64,000 bases of DNA from an uncultured delta proteobacterium. Its GTDB lineage: Bacteria; Myxococcota_A; Polyangia; Palsa-1104. The translations under genes and the position numbers were made by a program. The stretch lies in contig CAWAWS010000039.1 in assembly GCA_963785725.1 (NCBI GenBank), forward strand, positions 352,001 to 416,000, written 5' to 3'. This document shows positions 1 to 8,548 of this stretch, one piece after another (positions within the stretch are counted from its first letter, which is position 1; every line of letters starts with the position of its first letter). A model generated the notes under the pieces. It ran no database searches and was not told the DNA's origin. It saw only the letters and a program-made list of their open reading frames with translations.

Positions 1-1
1 C

Positions 2-160
2 CGCGGCAGCGCGGACGTCGCCGAGCGGCGCCGCTTGCACGACTGCATCGAAGGCTACGGCCGCGGCGAATGGTCGCTCGCCAGCGTGCGCGCCGAAATC
101 GCCGGCGCCGCCGAGCGCCACGCGCTCGCCTATCTCCAACGGCAGATCTACTTCGCATGA
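2..160 (+). CDS. 3' end of a hypothetical protein (partial, runs off window start)
   Basis: Open frame RGSADVAERRRLHDCIEGYGRGEWSL...YLQRQIYFA with GC3-rich codons; its TGA overlaps the next ATG (ATGA at 157-160). Confidence 0.6.
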   Translation, partial: RGSADVAERRRLHDCIEGYGRGEWSLASVRAEIAGAAERHALAYLQRQIYFA

Positions 161-1581
161 CGCGCTTCGTACAGCGCTCGCAGCTGGCGGCGCCGGCGCG
201 CGAAGTCTTCGCCTGGCACACGCGGCCGGGCGCGTTCCAACGGCTGATGCCGCCGTGGGAAAAGGTGCAGATCCTCCGCCAAGAGGGCATCCGCGACGGC
301 GCGCTGGCGGTCTTGAAGCTGGGTCCGCTGCAGCAGACCTGGGTGGCGCGCCATCGCGATTACGTCGAAGGCGTGCAGTTCGTCGACGAGCAGCTGGAAG
401 GGCCGTTCAAGCGCTGGGTGCACACGCATCATTTCGAGCAGCGCAACGGCGCGGCCTGCGTGCTCGAAGATCGCATCGACTACGAGCTGCCGCTCGGCAA
501 GCTCGGCGGCGCCGTGGCCGGCGAGTGGATGGCGCGCACGCTGGCGCGCACGTTTCAGTATCGGCATACGACGCTGGCCAACGATCTGGAGCGGCATAAC
601 TCGGCGCCGCGCGCGTCGCGCACGATCGTGGTGTCGGGCGCGTCGGGATTGATCGGGCAGGCGCTGTGCGCGTTTTTGTCGACGGGCGGCCATCGCGTCA
701 AGCGGCTCGTCCGGCACGCGGCGCGCGACGCCGACGAGATCTTTTGGGATCCGCCGGCCGGCCGCATCGACGAGCGCGGGCTCGACGGCGTCGACGCCGT
801 CGTGCACTTGGCCGGCGCCGGCGTCGCCGACGCGCGCTGGACGGCGGCGCGCAAGCGCGAAATCCGCGACAGCCGCGTGCAAGGCACGACGTTGTTGGCG
901 TCGGCATTGGCGCGGCTCGAGCGGCCGCCGACAGTCCTGGTGAGCGCCTCGGCGGTGGGTTATTACGGCGCCAAAGACGTCGACGTCGACGAGGGCGCAG
1001 CGCCCGGCGACGACTTCTTGGCCGACGTCTGCGTCGCCTGGGAAGCGGCAGCCGACGCGGCGCGGGCGGCGGGAATTCGCGTCGTCCATCCGCGCCTCGG
1101 CGTCGTGCTCACGCCGGCCGGCGGCGCGCTCGCCAAGATGCTGCCGCCGTTCAAGGTCGGCCTCGGCGCCACGCCGGGCGACGGGCGCAACTCAGTGCCG
1201 TGGGTCGCGCTCGACGACGTCTTGGGCGCGCTCCATTTCGCGCTCTTTCACCCGCTGCTCGACGGCGCCTTCGACGTCGTCGCGCCCGACTTGGTGACGA
1301 TGGGCGAGCTGACGCAGGCGCTCGGTCGCACGCTCGGCCACCCGCCGCATCTGCGCGTTCCGGCGGCGGCTATGCGCCTGGCCATGGGCGAGCTGGCGCA
1401 GACGGTGCTCGGCGGCGCGCGCCTGCATCCGCGTCGGCTCGTGGCCGCCGGCTTTCACTTCGCGCATCCGACGCTGCCGGCCGCGCTCGCGCATCTGCTC
1501 GGCGCTCAGGCCGACGGCGCGTCCGACTTTGGCGCCGACGCCGCGCCGCCCGCTCCGAACGACGACCGCCTCCCGCTGTAA
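157..1581 (+). CDS. SRPBCC-domain + TIGR01777-family NAD-dependent epimerase/oxidoreductase
   Basis: N-terminal SRPBCC-like region (VFAWH..PGAFQRLMPPW, GPFKRWVHTHHF); then GASGLIG Rossmann motif, VVHLAG, SASAVGYYG, DFLADVCVAWE. Start moved to ATG157. Confidence 0.9.
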   Translation: MTRFVQRSQLAAPAREVFAWHTRPGAFQRLMPPWEKVQILRQEGIRDGALAVLKLGPLQQTWVARHRDYVEGVQFVDEQLEGPFKRWVHTHHFEQRNGAACVLEDRIDYELPLGKLGGAVAGEWMARTLARTFQYRHTTLANDLERHNSAPRASRTIVVSGASGLIGQALCAFLSTGGHRVKRLVRHAARDADEIFWDPPAGRIDERGLDGVDAVVHLAGAGVADARWTAARKREIRDSRVQGTTLLASALARLERPPTVLVSASAVGYYGAKDVDVDEGAAPGDDFLADVCVAWEAAADAARAAGIRVVHPRLGVVLTPAGGALAKMLPPFKVGLGATPGDGRNSVPWVALDDVLGALHFALFHPLLDGAFDVVAPDLVTMGELTQALGRTLGHPPHLRVPAAAMRLAMGELAQTVLGGARLHPRRLVAAGFHFAHPTLPAALAHLLGAQADGASDFGADAAPPAPNDDRLPL

Positions 1582-1943
1582 CGACTCCGCGTCGACTGGC
1601 ACACAATCTTGCGGCGACTTGCGCATTTCGCGCACGCGCTAGGATATGCGCTAAGGCAAACGTTGAGCTTCAATAACCGACAAATTTAATCGTCGTCCGT
1701 GTTTCAATTCACCTTCGATCAAATTCATCACTGCAATCGTATCAAAGATAGCCATCGAGTCGGCTAAACACTGGGAGGGTTTGAATGATGACAGTCGCTT
1801 GAATCGTGGACGTTATGGCAGACATGGAATCTTCTTCGATGAGCGTCATTATTTTGACGCGTTCTCGTCGCTGAATGTGTAAAGCGCGACACCGTTGTCG
1901 CATTGACGGAAGCGGGTAAGGCCGCTAAAACGGGGAAACCGTG

Positions 1944-2537
1944 ATGGAGCAGGAAATCGACGCCGAGCAGCTTTTGACGTCGCATGAAGTGGGCGATCTA
2001 CTGCAAGTGAATCCCAGCTCGGTAAAGAAGTGGGTCAATGAAGGGCGCATTCCGGCCTTTCGTACGCCGGGAGGTCATCGCCGCATTCGCGTGGGCGATT
2101 TGGTGGAGTTTCTCGACCGGCAAAAGATGCCGATTCCGCGTCAGCTCGCCGGCGCGGGCAAGAAGCGCATTTTGATCGTCGACGACGACGCGGTGCATCT
2201 GCGCGCGCTCGAGCGGCGGTTGAAGACGCATCGCGGGCGACTACAAGTGGAGCTGACCGAAAACGGCATCGACGCGCTCGTGCTCGTCGGTTCGTTTCGG
2301 CCGCATCTCATCGTGCTCGACGTCTTCATGCCCGAGCTCGATGGTCTCGAAGTGTGCCGTCGCCTGCAGCGGAATCCGGACACGCGCGGCATCGAAGTCA
2401 TCGTCACCAGCGCGCATCTCACGCGTGCGGTCGAAGAGAACGCCTTGAGCGCAGGAGCGATCCGCTGCCTGCCCAAGCCGATCGAGCTCAAGGTGCTCTT
2501 GGAGCATCTCGGGTTGTCACAAAATCTGGGGGTGTGA
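1944..2537 (+). CDS. Response regulator with N-terminal BldC/excisionase-like HTH and C-terminal receiver domain
   Basis: LLTSHEVGDLLQVNPSSVKKWVNEGRIPAFRTPGGHRRI (HTH_17/BldC-like); receiver ILIVDDD...LDVFMPELDG...VTSA...LPKP. Confidence 0.9.
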   Translation: MEQEIDAEQLLTSHEVGDLLQVNPSSVKKWVNEGRIPAFRTPGGHRRIRVGDLVEFLDRQKMPIPRQLAGAGKKRILIVDDDAVHLRALERRLKTHRGRLQVELTENGIDALVLVGSFRPHLIVLDVFMPELDGLEVCRRLQRNPDTRGIEVIVTSAHLTRAVEENALSAGAIRCLPKPIELKVLLEHLGLSQNLGV

Positions 2538-2578
2538 GCGTCCGAGGCGACTCGAGAGGCTCGAAAGAAGGGTAGTGG

Positions 2579-4369
2579 ATGGATGTAGGAGAGTCTGCTT
2601 TTTCCGTTCCGGCAGCAGCGGTCACGGAGGCAGGTACGACGCGCGCAGCAGACGTGCTCGTCGACCTCTTGGTTGCGAACGGCGTCGAGCTGATCTTCGG
2701 GCTTCCGGGCGGCCCCATCTCGCCCATGCACGACGCCTTGCTCGATCGACCCGAGATTCGCGTCATCACCACGCGGCACGAGTCGGGCGCGCTCTTCGGC
2801 GCCTGCGGCTATGCGCGCACGACCGGTCGGCTGGGCGTCGCGCTCGTGACCTCGGGGCCGGGCGCGTTCAACGCCATGAGCGGCCTCGCGTCGGCCTATT
2901 GCGACGGGCTGCCGGTGCTCATGCTCGTCGGTGAAGTGGCGCGCAAGAACTTCGGGCGCGGCGCTTTGCAAGACGGCAGCGCACACGGATTGCAGATGGT
3001 CGAGATCCTGAAACGCGTCACCAAGAGCGCGGTCGAGGTGAACGATCCTGCGCGGGCGCCGGCGCTGTTGAACGCGGCGATTCAGACGGCGTTGCAAGGC
3101 CCGCGCGGTCCGGTGGCGCTGACGTTGCCGGTCGATCTGATGATGCAGCCGCTGAAGATGCCGTTCATCAGCCGCGCGTCCACCGGCGTGTCGACGATCT
3201 CATCGACGGCGCTGGCGGAGACGCGGCGGCAGATGCGCGACGGCCGCACCGTCATCTTCGCCGGCTCGGGCGTGCGCAACGGCAACGCGCCCGGCAAGCT
3301 GGTCGAATTGGCCGAGCGGCTGCAATGCCCGGTGATGACGACGCCCAAAGGCAAAGGCGTGTTTCCCGAGGATCATCCGCTGGCGCTGGGCGTCTTCGGC
3401 ATGGCCGGCCATCCGTCGTCGAGCGAGTTCGTCGACGGCGGCATCGACACGCTCTTGGCCATCGGCACGAGCCTCGGCGAGCTGTCGACGGAGGGGTGGT
3501 CCAAGGCGCTCGAGCCGCGGCGCGCGCTCATTCACGTCGACGTCGACGAGCGGCAGCTGGGGCGCGGCTATCCGTGCACGCTCGGCATCGTGGCGACGGC
3601 GGAGTCGTTCTTGGAGCGCATGCTGCAAGAGCTGCCGCCGTCGGCGGCGCGGCGCTTCGGCGTCAAACGCCATGTCGTGTCCGAAGGGCATCATCTGATC
3701 GCGCCGCAGCGGGCGATCGCCGAAATGCAGGAGATTTTGCCGCGCGACGCGATCTTCACGATCGATTCGGGTGAGCACTTCACCTTCGCGACGCACTTTC
3801 TGAAGACGGTGACGCCGGACGGCTTCTTGGCGATGACCGGGCTCGGCTCGATGGGCCAGAGCATCGGCGCCGCCATCGGCGTGCAGATCGCCAAGCCCGA
3901 GCGCGTCGTCGCGGCCATCTGCGGCGACGGCTGCTTCGCGATGAACGCGTTCGAAGTGGCGACGGCGGTGCAGGAGCGCGTGCCCATCATCGTCTTCGTC
4001 ATGAACGACGCGCGCCTCGGCATGGTCGAGATCGGGCACGCCGCCGTCTATGGTCGCAAGCCCGACTACTCGACGTCGCCGATGAACGTGGCCGACTTGG
4101 CGCGCGCGCTCGGGGCGCAGGCAGTGACGGTCGAGCGGCCGGGCGAGCTCACGGCCGCTCAGCTGATGCGGCTGCGGCGCCAAGGTCCGGTCGTCGTCGA
4201 CGTGCGCATCGATCCGGCGGTGCGCATGCCGAAGAAAGAATCGCTTCGCGGCGCTGGCGTCCAAGCGCGCGCCCTTGATTCGCGCCGTGAACTGACGCCG
4301 CGCGGGCAACTTGTCGGACAGGTTCCGATTCTGAGGCAGTACCCCACGAAAAAGTGCTCCGCCTTGTGA
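2579..4369 (+). CDS. Thiamine-diphosphate-dependent enzyme (acetolactate synthase-like/acyloin synthase family); true stop probably 4295 after a 1-nt frameshift near 4235
   Basis: FGLPGG, TRHESGA (catalytic Glu), TSGPG, GDGCFAM...NDARLGMV ThDP motif. Removing one A in gaagaaagaa (4231-4240) gives the tail KKNRFAALASKRAPLIRAVN* ending at 4295. Confidence 0.9.
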   Translation: MDVGESAFSVPAAAVTEAGTTRAADVLVDLLVANGVELIFGLPGGPISPMHDALLDRPEIRVITTRHESGALFGACGYARTTGRLGVALVTSGPGAFNAMSGLASAYCDGLPVLMLVGEVARKNFGRGALQDGSAHGLQMVEILKRVTKSAVEVNDPARAPALLNAAIQTALQGPRGPVALTLPVDLMMQPLKMPFISRASTGVSTISSTALAETRRQMRDGRTVIFAGSGVRNGNAPGKLVELAERLQCPVMTTPKGKGVFPEDHPLALGVFGMAGHPSSSEFVDGGIDTLLAIGTSLGELSTEGWSKALEPRRALIHVDVDERQLGRGYPCTLGIVATAESFLERMLQELPPSAARRFGVKRHVVSEGHHLIAPQRAIAEMQEILPRDAIFTIDSGEHFTFATHFLKTVTPDGFLAMTGLGSMGQSIGAAIGVQIAKPERVVAAICGDGCFAMNAFEVATAVQERVPIIVFVMNDARLGMVEIGHAAVYGRKPDYSTSPMNVADLARALGAQAVTVERPGELTAAQLMRLRRQGPVVVDVRIDPAVRMPKKESLRGAGVQARALDSRRELTPRGQLVGQVPILRQYPTKKCSAL

Positions 4370-4533
4370 CATACTGTAACGAGGACAGTGATGACGACGG
4401 TGTGCATGGCTCACTGCTGGAGACGGTGAGTGGGCCCCCTCGGGATGAGGTGCAGGCCGCGAGGTAACGGCAGGCGGCGCTTCGGCGCCGGCCGGTTGCC
4501 TCGTGAGCGCGCGTCCGCGCCGCGAGGCGCCTC

Positions 4534-5703
4534 GTGAACGCCAAGGATCATCTGATCGTCTACGTCGACGACGAGCGCGCCAACCGCGTCGTCTTCGAGC
4601 AGTCGTTCGCGGCGCGCTTCCACATTCGCGCCTTGCCGTCGGCGGCGGCGGCGCTCGAGCTGTTGCGCAACGAGACGGCGGCGGTGCTCATCACCGATCA
4701 GCGCATGCCGGACATGTCGGGCCACGAGCTGCTCGTGCGCGTCAAGCAGCTCTATCCCGAGATGGTGCGCGTCGTCATCACGGCCTACAGCGAGCTCGAT
4801 CCGATCTTGGCGGCGGTGAACGAAGGCTTGGTGGCGCGTTATGTCATCAAGCCGTGGGATCGCGTCGAGGTCGAGCAGATCTTGTTGTGGTCGATCGAGG
4901 CCTTCACGCTCGGGCGGCAGAAGTCGGCGCTGCAGCTCAGGCTCATGCAGACCGAGCGGCTCGTGACGTTGGGCTCGATGGCGGCGGCGGTGTTGCACGA
5001 TCTGCATCAGCCGCTGACGAACCTGACGGTGAATGTCGAGCGCTTCGGCGAGCTGGCGAAGTCGGCGGAGAAGCTGAATCAGCTGATCGCGGCGGCGACG
5101 GCGACGAAGAAAGAGAAGACGCACCTGCACGAAGTCGTGAGCGAGCTGCCCGAGCTGGCCAAAGATCTGCTGCTCAGCTGCAAGGTCATGACCGACATGA
5201 CGGTGGGCTTGAAGCAGTTCCTGAAGTCGGAGCCGCACGCCGAGCCGAGCGGCGTCGACCCGGTGCCGATCATCCAATATGCGATGGGTGTCTGTCGGGA
5301 AGCCGCGGTGCGGGCGCGCGGCCGCATCGTCTACGAAGGCCCGGCGCATCTGCACAAGCTGCGCATCGGCTCGACCGAGCTGACCCAGGTGTTCATCAAC
5401 GTCGTGGCCAACGGCGCGCAGGCGCTCGTCGAGCGTAACAAGATCGGCGGCCGCGTGGTCGTCAACGCCGTCGAGGAGGCGAGCCACGTGCGCATCTCCG
5501 TCGACGATAACGGGCCCGGCATGTCGGCCGAGCTCTTGGCAAAAGTGGGAACGCCGTTCTTCTCGACGCGCAAAGAGGGCACCGGCCTCGGCGTCGCGCA
5601 GTGCCGGCGCTTGGTCGAAGGCGCGGGGGGCGCCTTTCAAATCTCGAGCATCGAAGGACAGGGGACGACGGTGACGTTCACGATTCCCAAGGTGGGCTCA
5701 TGA
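4534..5703 (+). CDS. Cytoplasmic hybrid receiver-histidine kinase (REC-HisKA-HATPase)
   Basis: YVDDE...ITDQRMP...IKPW receiver; H-box VLHDLHQPL; N-box QVFINVVANG; DDNGPG; FFSTRKEGTGLG. No TM segments seen. Confidence 0.92.
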   Translation: MNAKDHLIVYVDDERANRVVFEQSFAARFHIRALPSAAAALELLRNETAAVLITDQRMPDMSGHELLVRVKQLYPEMVRVVITAYSELDPILAAVNEGLVARYVIKPWDRVEVEQILLWSIEAFTLGRQKSALQLRLMQTERLVTLGSMAAAVLHDLHQPLTNLTVNVERFGELAKSAEKLNQLIAAATATKKEKTHLHEVVSELPELAKDLLLSCKVMTDMTVGLKQFLKSEPHAEPSGVDPVPIIQYAMGVCREAAVRARGRIVYEGPAHLHKLRIGSTELTQVFINVVANGAQALVERNKIGGRVVVNAVEEASHVRISVDDNGPGMSAELLAKVGTPFFSTRKEGTGLGVAQCRRLVEGAGGAFQISSIEGQGTTVTFTIPKVGS

Positions 5704-6245
5704 GAGCGGCGCGCAAACGGCTGCGTTCGATCTTGCTGGTCGACGACGATTCGGTGCTGCTCTCGTCGCTGGAGCGCGACCTCGGCAGCCGCGGCATGGA
5801 GGTGTTCGCGGCCAACTCGCCGTCGCGCGCGCTGCAAGTGGCGCGACAAGAGCAGCCCGATGCCGCGCTCTTGGACCTTTGTATCGGCGACGATTCGGGC
5901 CTCGAGCTCCTGCAGGCGCTGAAGGGTGAGCTGCCCGAAGTCGTCGTGTTGCTGTTGTCGGGGCATGCCGGCGTCGGCCACGCCGTCGAAGCCTTTCACG
6001 GCGGCGCCGTCGATTTCCTGCAGAAGCCGATCAGCGGCGGCCAGCTCATGGAGGCGCTCAAGCGCGCCGAGCAGCGCGAAAAGGGCAACCAATCGCCGAC
6101 GCTGGCGCGGGCCGAGTTCGAGCACATCAACCGCGTCTTGCAGGCGTGCAACGGCAACATCAGCGAGGCCGCGCGCCGCCTCGGCATTCATCGTCGCTCG
6201 CTGCAACGCAAGCTGCAGAAGACCCCGCCCAGCAGCAGCACCTAG
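5700..6245 (+). CDS. RegA/PrrA-type response regulator (REC + Fis-type HTH)
   Basis: LLVDDD...LLDL...LSG...LQKP; C-terminal TLARAEFEHINRVLQACNGNISEAARRLGIHRRSLQRKL; ATGA overlap with the kinase. Confidence 0.92.
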   Translation: MRAARKRLRSILLVDDDSVLLSSLERDLGSRGMEVFAANSPSRALQVARQEQPDAALLDLCIGDDSGLELLQALKGELPEVVVLLLSGHAGVGHAVEAFHGGAVDFLQKPISGGQLMEALKRAEQREKGNQSPTLARAEFEHINRVLQACNGNISEAARRLGIHRRSLQRKLQKTPPSSST

Positions 6246-6356
6246 CACCTAATCATTACAGGTGTCGTGTGGTTGCGCGACATTCTGCGTTCGCGTTCGA
6301 GCGTGCGCTGCATCACTTTCGTCAAGACTGGATCGGGCCGCTCGTAAATCTCCAGC

Positions 6357-6641
6357 ATGACGACGTGGCGAATTCCTTTCGTGAAGCAATCGAAGTCGAA
6401 GCGGCGCGCGCCGGAGCTGCGGCCGGCGATCGTGGTCGACGAGCGCGCGCTCGACGCGGCCAAGGCGCAGCTGGCGCAGCTGCAGGCCGACGACTTCTTG
6501 GTCGAGCGGCAGCTGTCGTTCGCGCATTCGCTGCTGCGCGCGGTCGGCGAGAACCCGAAGACGCTGCCCAATCAGGTGCTGGCGCATCAGATGGCGATCG
6601 AGCACATCCGCGGCTATCGCGTGCTCACCGCGCCTCGTTAA
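6357..6641 (+). CDS. Hypothetical protein (94 aa)
   Basis: Fills the gap between genes; host-like codon usage; helical-looking composition; no family recognised. Confidence 0.55.
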   Translation: MTTWRIPFVKQSKSKRRAPELRPAIVVDERALDAAKAQLAQLQADDFLVERQLSFAHSLLRAVGENPKTLPNQVLAHQMAIEHIRGYRVLTAPR

Positions 6642-6647
6642 CGGCCG

Positions 6648-7424
6648 TCAACGGGCGAAGAGGAAGTCCAACGCGGATGGAGTGGCGCGTTCGTGCTCGA
6701 TCGTGTCGAGGAGGTGCTCGAGCGCGGTGGCGGTCGAGGTGACTTGGCGACGATAGAAGCGCAGGCTGGTGACGGCGCCGGTGCCGCTGGCGCCGGCGGC
6801 GACGAGGCAGTCGAGCGCGATGGGCGCGCCGAGCGCCGACAGACCGGCGGCAGCCGCCAAGCCGACGGCCGTGCCGACGGCGGCGCCGCTCAACACGCGG
6901 CGCTGCAGCGGCGCGACGTCGACGACGAAGCGAACGGTGGCGCGATCGTCGGCGATGGCGACGACGCTGACGTCGAGGTGGCGCAATTCGCCCAAGGTCA
7001 GCTCGCCGGTCAGATCGAGCGCGCGGCGCAGGCGCGGCAGAAAGCCGCTCGCCGGCACCCACGACGAACGCTCGCCGAAGTCGCGCACGCGCCGCAACAG
7101 ATGGGCGCGCAAGAAGCGCTCGACGCGCCGCTGCACGTCGGTGACGCGGCCGTGCACCGTGCGCTCGACGACGAGCGACTGCGGGCCGAGCACGCGCGCC
7201 AACGGCGTCGGCGGCGCGGTCGGCGTGAGCGCGCCGGCGCGAACCTCGGCCAGCGCTTGCCGTACGGCCAGCGGCGAGAGGCCGACGTCGCGCGCCAGCT
7301 CTTCGATTTCGGCGGGCGCCAGACGATCGGCGTCGTCTTCGGCCGCTTCTCGTTGGTGCTCGATCTCGGCCGCGCGGCGCAACACGAGCTGAACCTCACT
7401 CGCCGTCAGTCGCTGGTCGCTCAT
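6648..7424 (-). CDS. Hypothetical membrane protein
   Basis: MSDQRLTASEVQLVLRRAAEIE...EIEELARDVGLSPLAVRQALAE N-terminus; hydrophobic Gly/Ala-rich hairpin near the C-terminus. Confidence 0.75.
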   Translation of the reverse strand: MSDQRLTASEVQLVLRRAAEIEHQREAAEDDADRLAPAEIEELARDVGLSPLAVRQALAEVRAGALTPTAPPTPLARVLGPQSLVVERTVHGRVTDVQRRVERFLRAHLLRRVRDFGERSSWVPASGFLPRLRRALDLTGELTLGELRHLDVSVVAIADDRATVRFVVDVAPLQRRVLSGAAVGTAVGLAAAAGLSALGAPIALDCLVAAGASGTGAVTSLRFYRRQVTSTATALEHLLDTIEHERATPSALDFLFAR

Positions 7425-7441
7425 GGTTTGAATGTAAGGCG

Positions 7442-8458
7442 CTACTCCGACAGCGCCGCGTCGGCGGCGACAGCGTGCGCGTGGGTGCGCCGATTTCCGC
7501 GCGCGCCCAGCGGAATTCCCGGCGCTTCCGAGGCGCTGACCATGGCGGTGTCGCCGATCGTCATACGCAGCGGCCACAGCGCGATGAGCGGCTCGGGATC
7601 GATATATTGCTCGGGCAACAGCGCCGACGGCTTGACCGACACCGCGAAGTGCAAGTGCGGGCGCGAATGTTTGACGCCGCTGTCACCGAGCAGGCCGATG
7701 ACCTCGCCCATTTTGACGTGCACGCCCGGCTGAATCCAACGCGGGATAGCCGCCAAGTGGAAGTATTTGGTGAAGATCGTGCCGCCGCGATGGGCGATGC
7801 TGACGTAGGCGCCGCCGTGATCGTCGTTGGGGCCGCGCTGCACGCGTTCGACGACGCCGTCGTGGGCGGCGTGGATCGGCTCGCCCCACACCTCGCCGCC
7901 GAGGTCGACGCCGCAGTGGCCGCCGCGGCATTCGCCGGGACGATCGCCCGGTCGCTCGGCGCCGAAGACGCGCGCGTCGCGAATCGGCATCCGGCGAACG
8001 GGGCCGTCGAGCGGATGAATCCAGGCGTCGGTGGCGATCTCGCGCGCCCAGTCGACTTCGGACGGCGGCCACGTCGGTCCGAACGGCGGCGCGGCGGGAA
8101 CCCTCGGCGTCGCGATGGCGGCGCCGGTCGTCGTCGTCGCGGCGTTGGCAGTCGCGGTGTGCGGCGCGGGCAGGCCGCTCGTGAACAGCAGCAGCGGCAG
8201 CGCCGCCGTCACGCGCGCGATGTGCGACAACGGCGACTGCTTCGGCGGCGGCGCCACGTCGACGACGATCGGCGTCGCCGGCGCGCTGGCGCAGTCGCGC
8301 GAGCAATAGACGCGCACCGTCGATCCGTCGATCTGCAGATCGCGGCCGCGCACATCGACGCGACCACCGCAGCGCGCGCACAATCCGAGCGACCAAGCGC
8401 GTTCGGGCGAGCTAGCGAAGCTGTCGATCAATTCGGCCATGTGCGTCAAACAATCCAT
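7442..8458 (-). CDS. M23-family metallopeptidase with N-terminal Cys4 (TRASH/zinc-ribbon-like) motif
   Basis: HCGVD (HxxxD), YFHL, HLHF (HxH) M23 motifs; N-terminal CARC...YCSRDC. Start uncertain (8458 or 8440). Confidence 0.85.
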   Translation of the reverse strand: MDCLTHMAELIDSFASSPERAWSLGLCARCGGRVDVRGRDLQIDGSTVRVYCSRDCASAPATPIVVDVAPPPKQSPLSHIARVTAALPLLLFTSGLPAPHTATANAATTTTGAAIATPRVPAAPPFGPTWPPSEVDWAREIATDAWIHPLDGPVRRMPIRDARVFGAERPGDRPGECRGGHCGVDLGGEVWGEPIHAAHDGVVERVQRGPNDDHGGAYVSIAHRGGTIFTKYFHLAAIPRWIQPGVHVKMGEVIGLLGDSGVKHSRPHLHFAVSVKPSALLPEQYIDPEPLIALWPLRMTIGDTAMVSASEAPGIPLGARGNRRTHAHAVAADAALSE

Positions 8459-8548
8459 AAGCGGCGATCGATTGCCGAGCAAGCGCGCAAAATCAATACG
8501 CCCGACGGAGATGAGCGTTTCTGGGCAGATGGGCTACAACTTCCGGCG

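Noticed and set aside
1597..1612. Sigma54-like TGGCACACAATCTTGC
   Set aside because: GG-to-GC spacing is 11 nt rather than the required 10; valid only if a 1-nt sequencing insertion is present.
1654..1690. GGCAAAC plus hairpin resembling a c-di-GMP-I riboswitch
   Set aside because: No GNRA loop, no GACGCAAA segment and no second stem with a tetraloop receptor.
2579..4369. Calling the ThDP enzyme ilvB/ilvI
   Set aside because: No regulatory subunit or other ilv genes nearby; family-level motifs do not establish the substrate.
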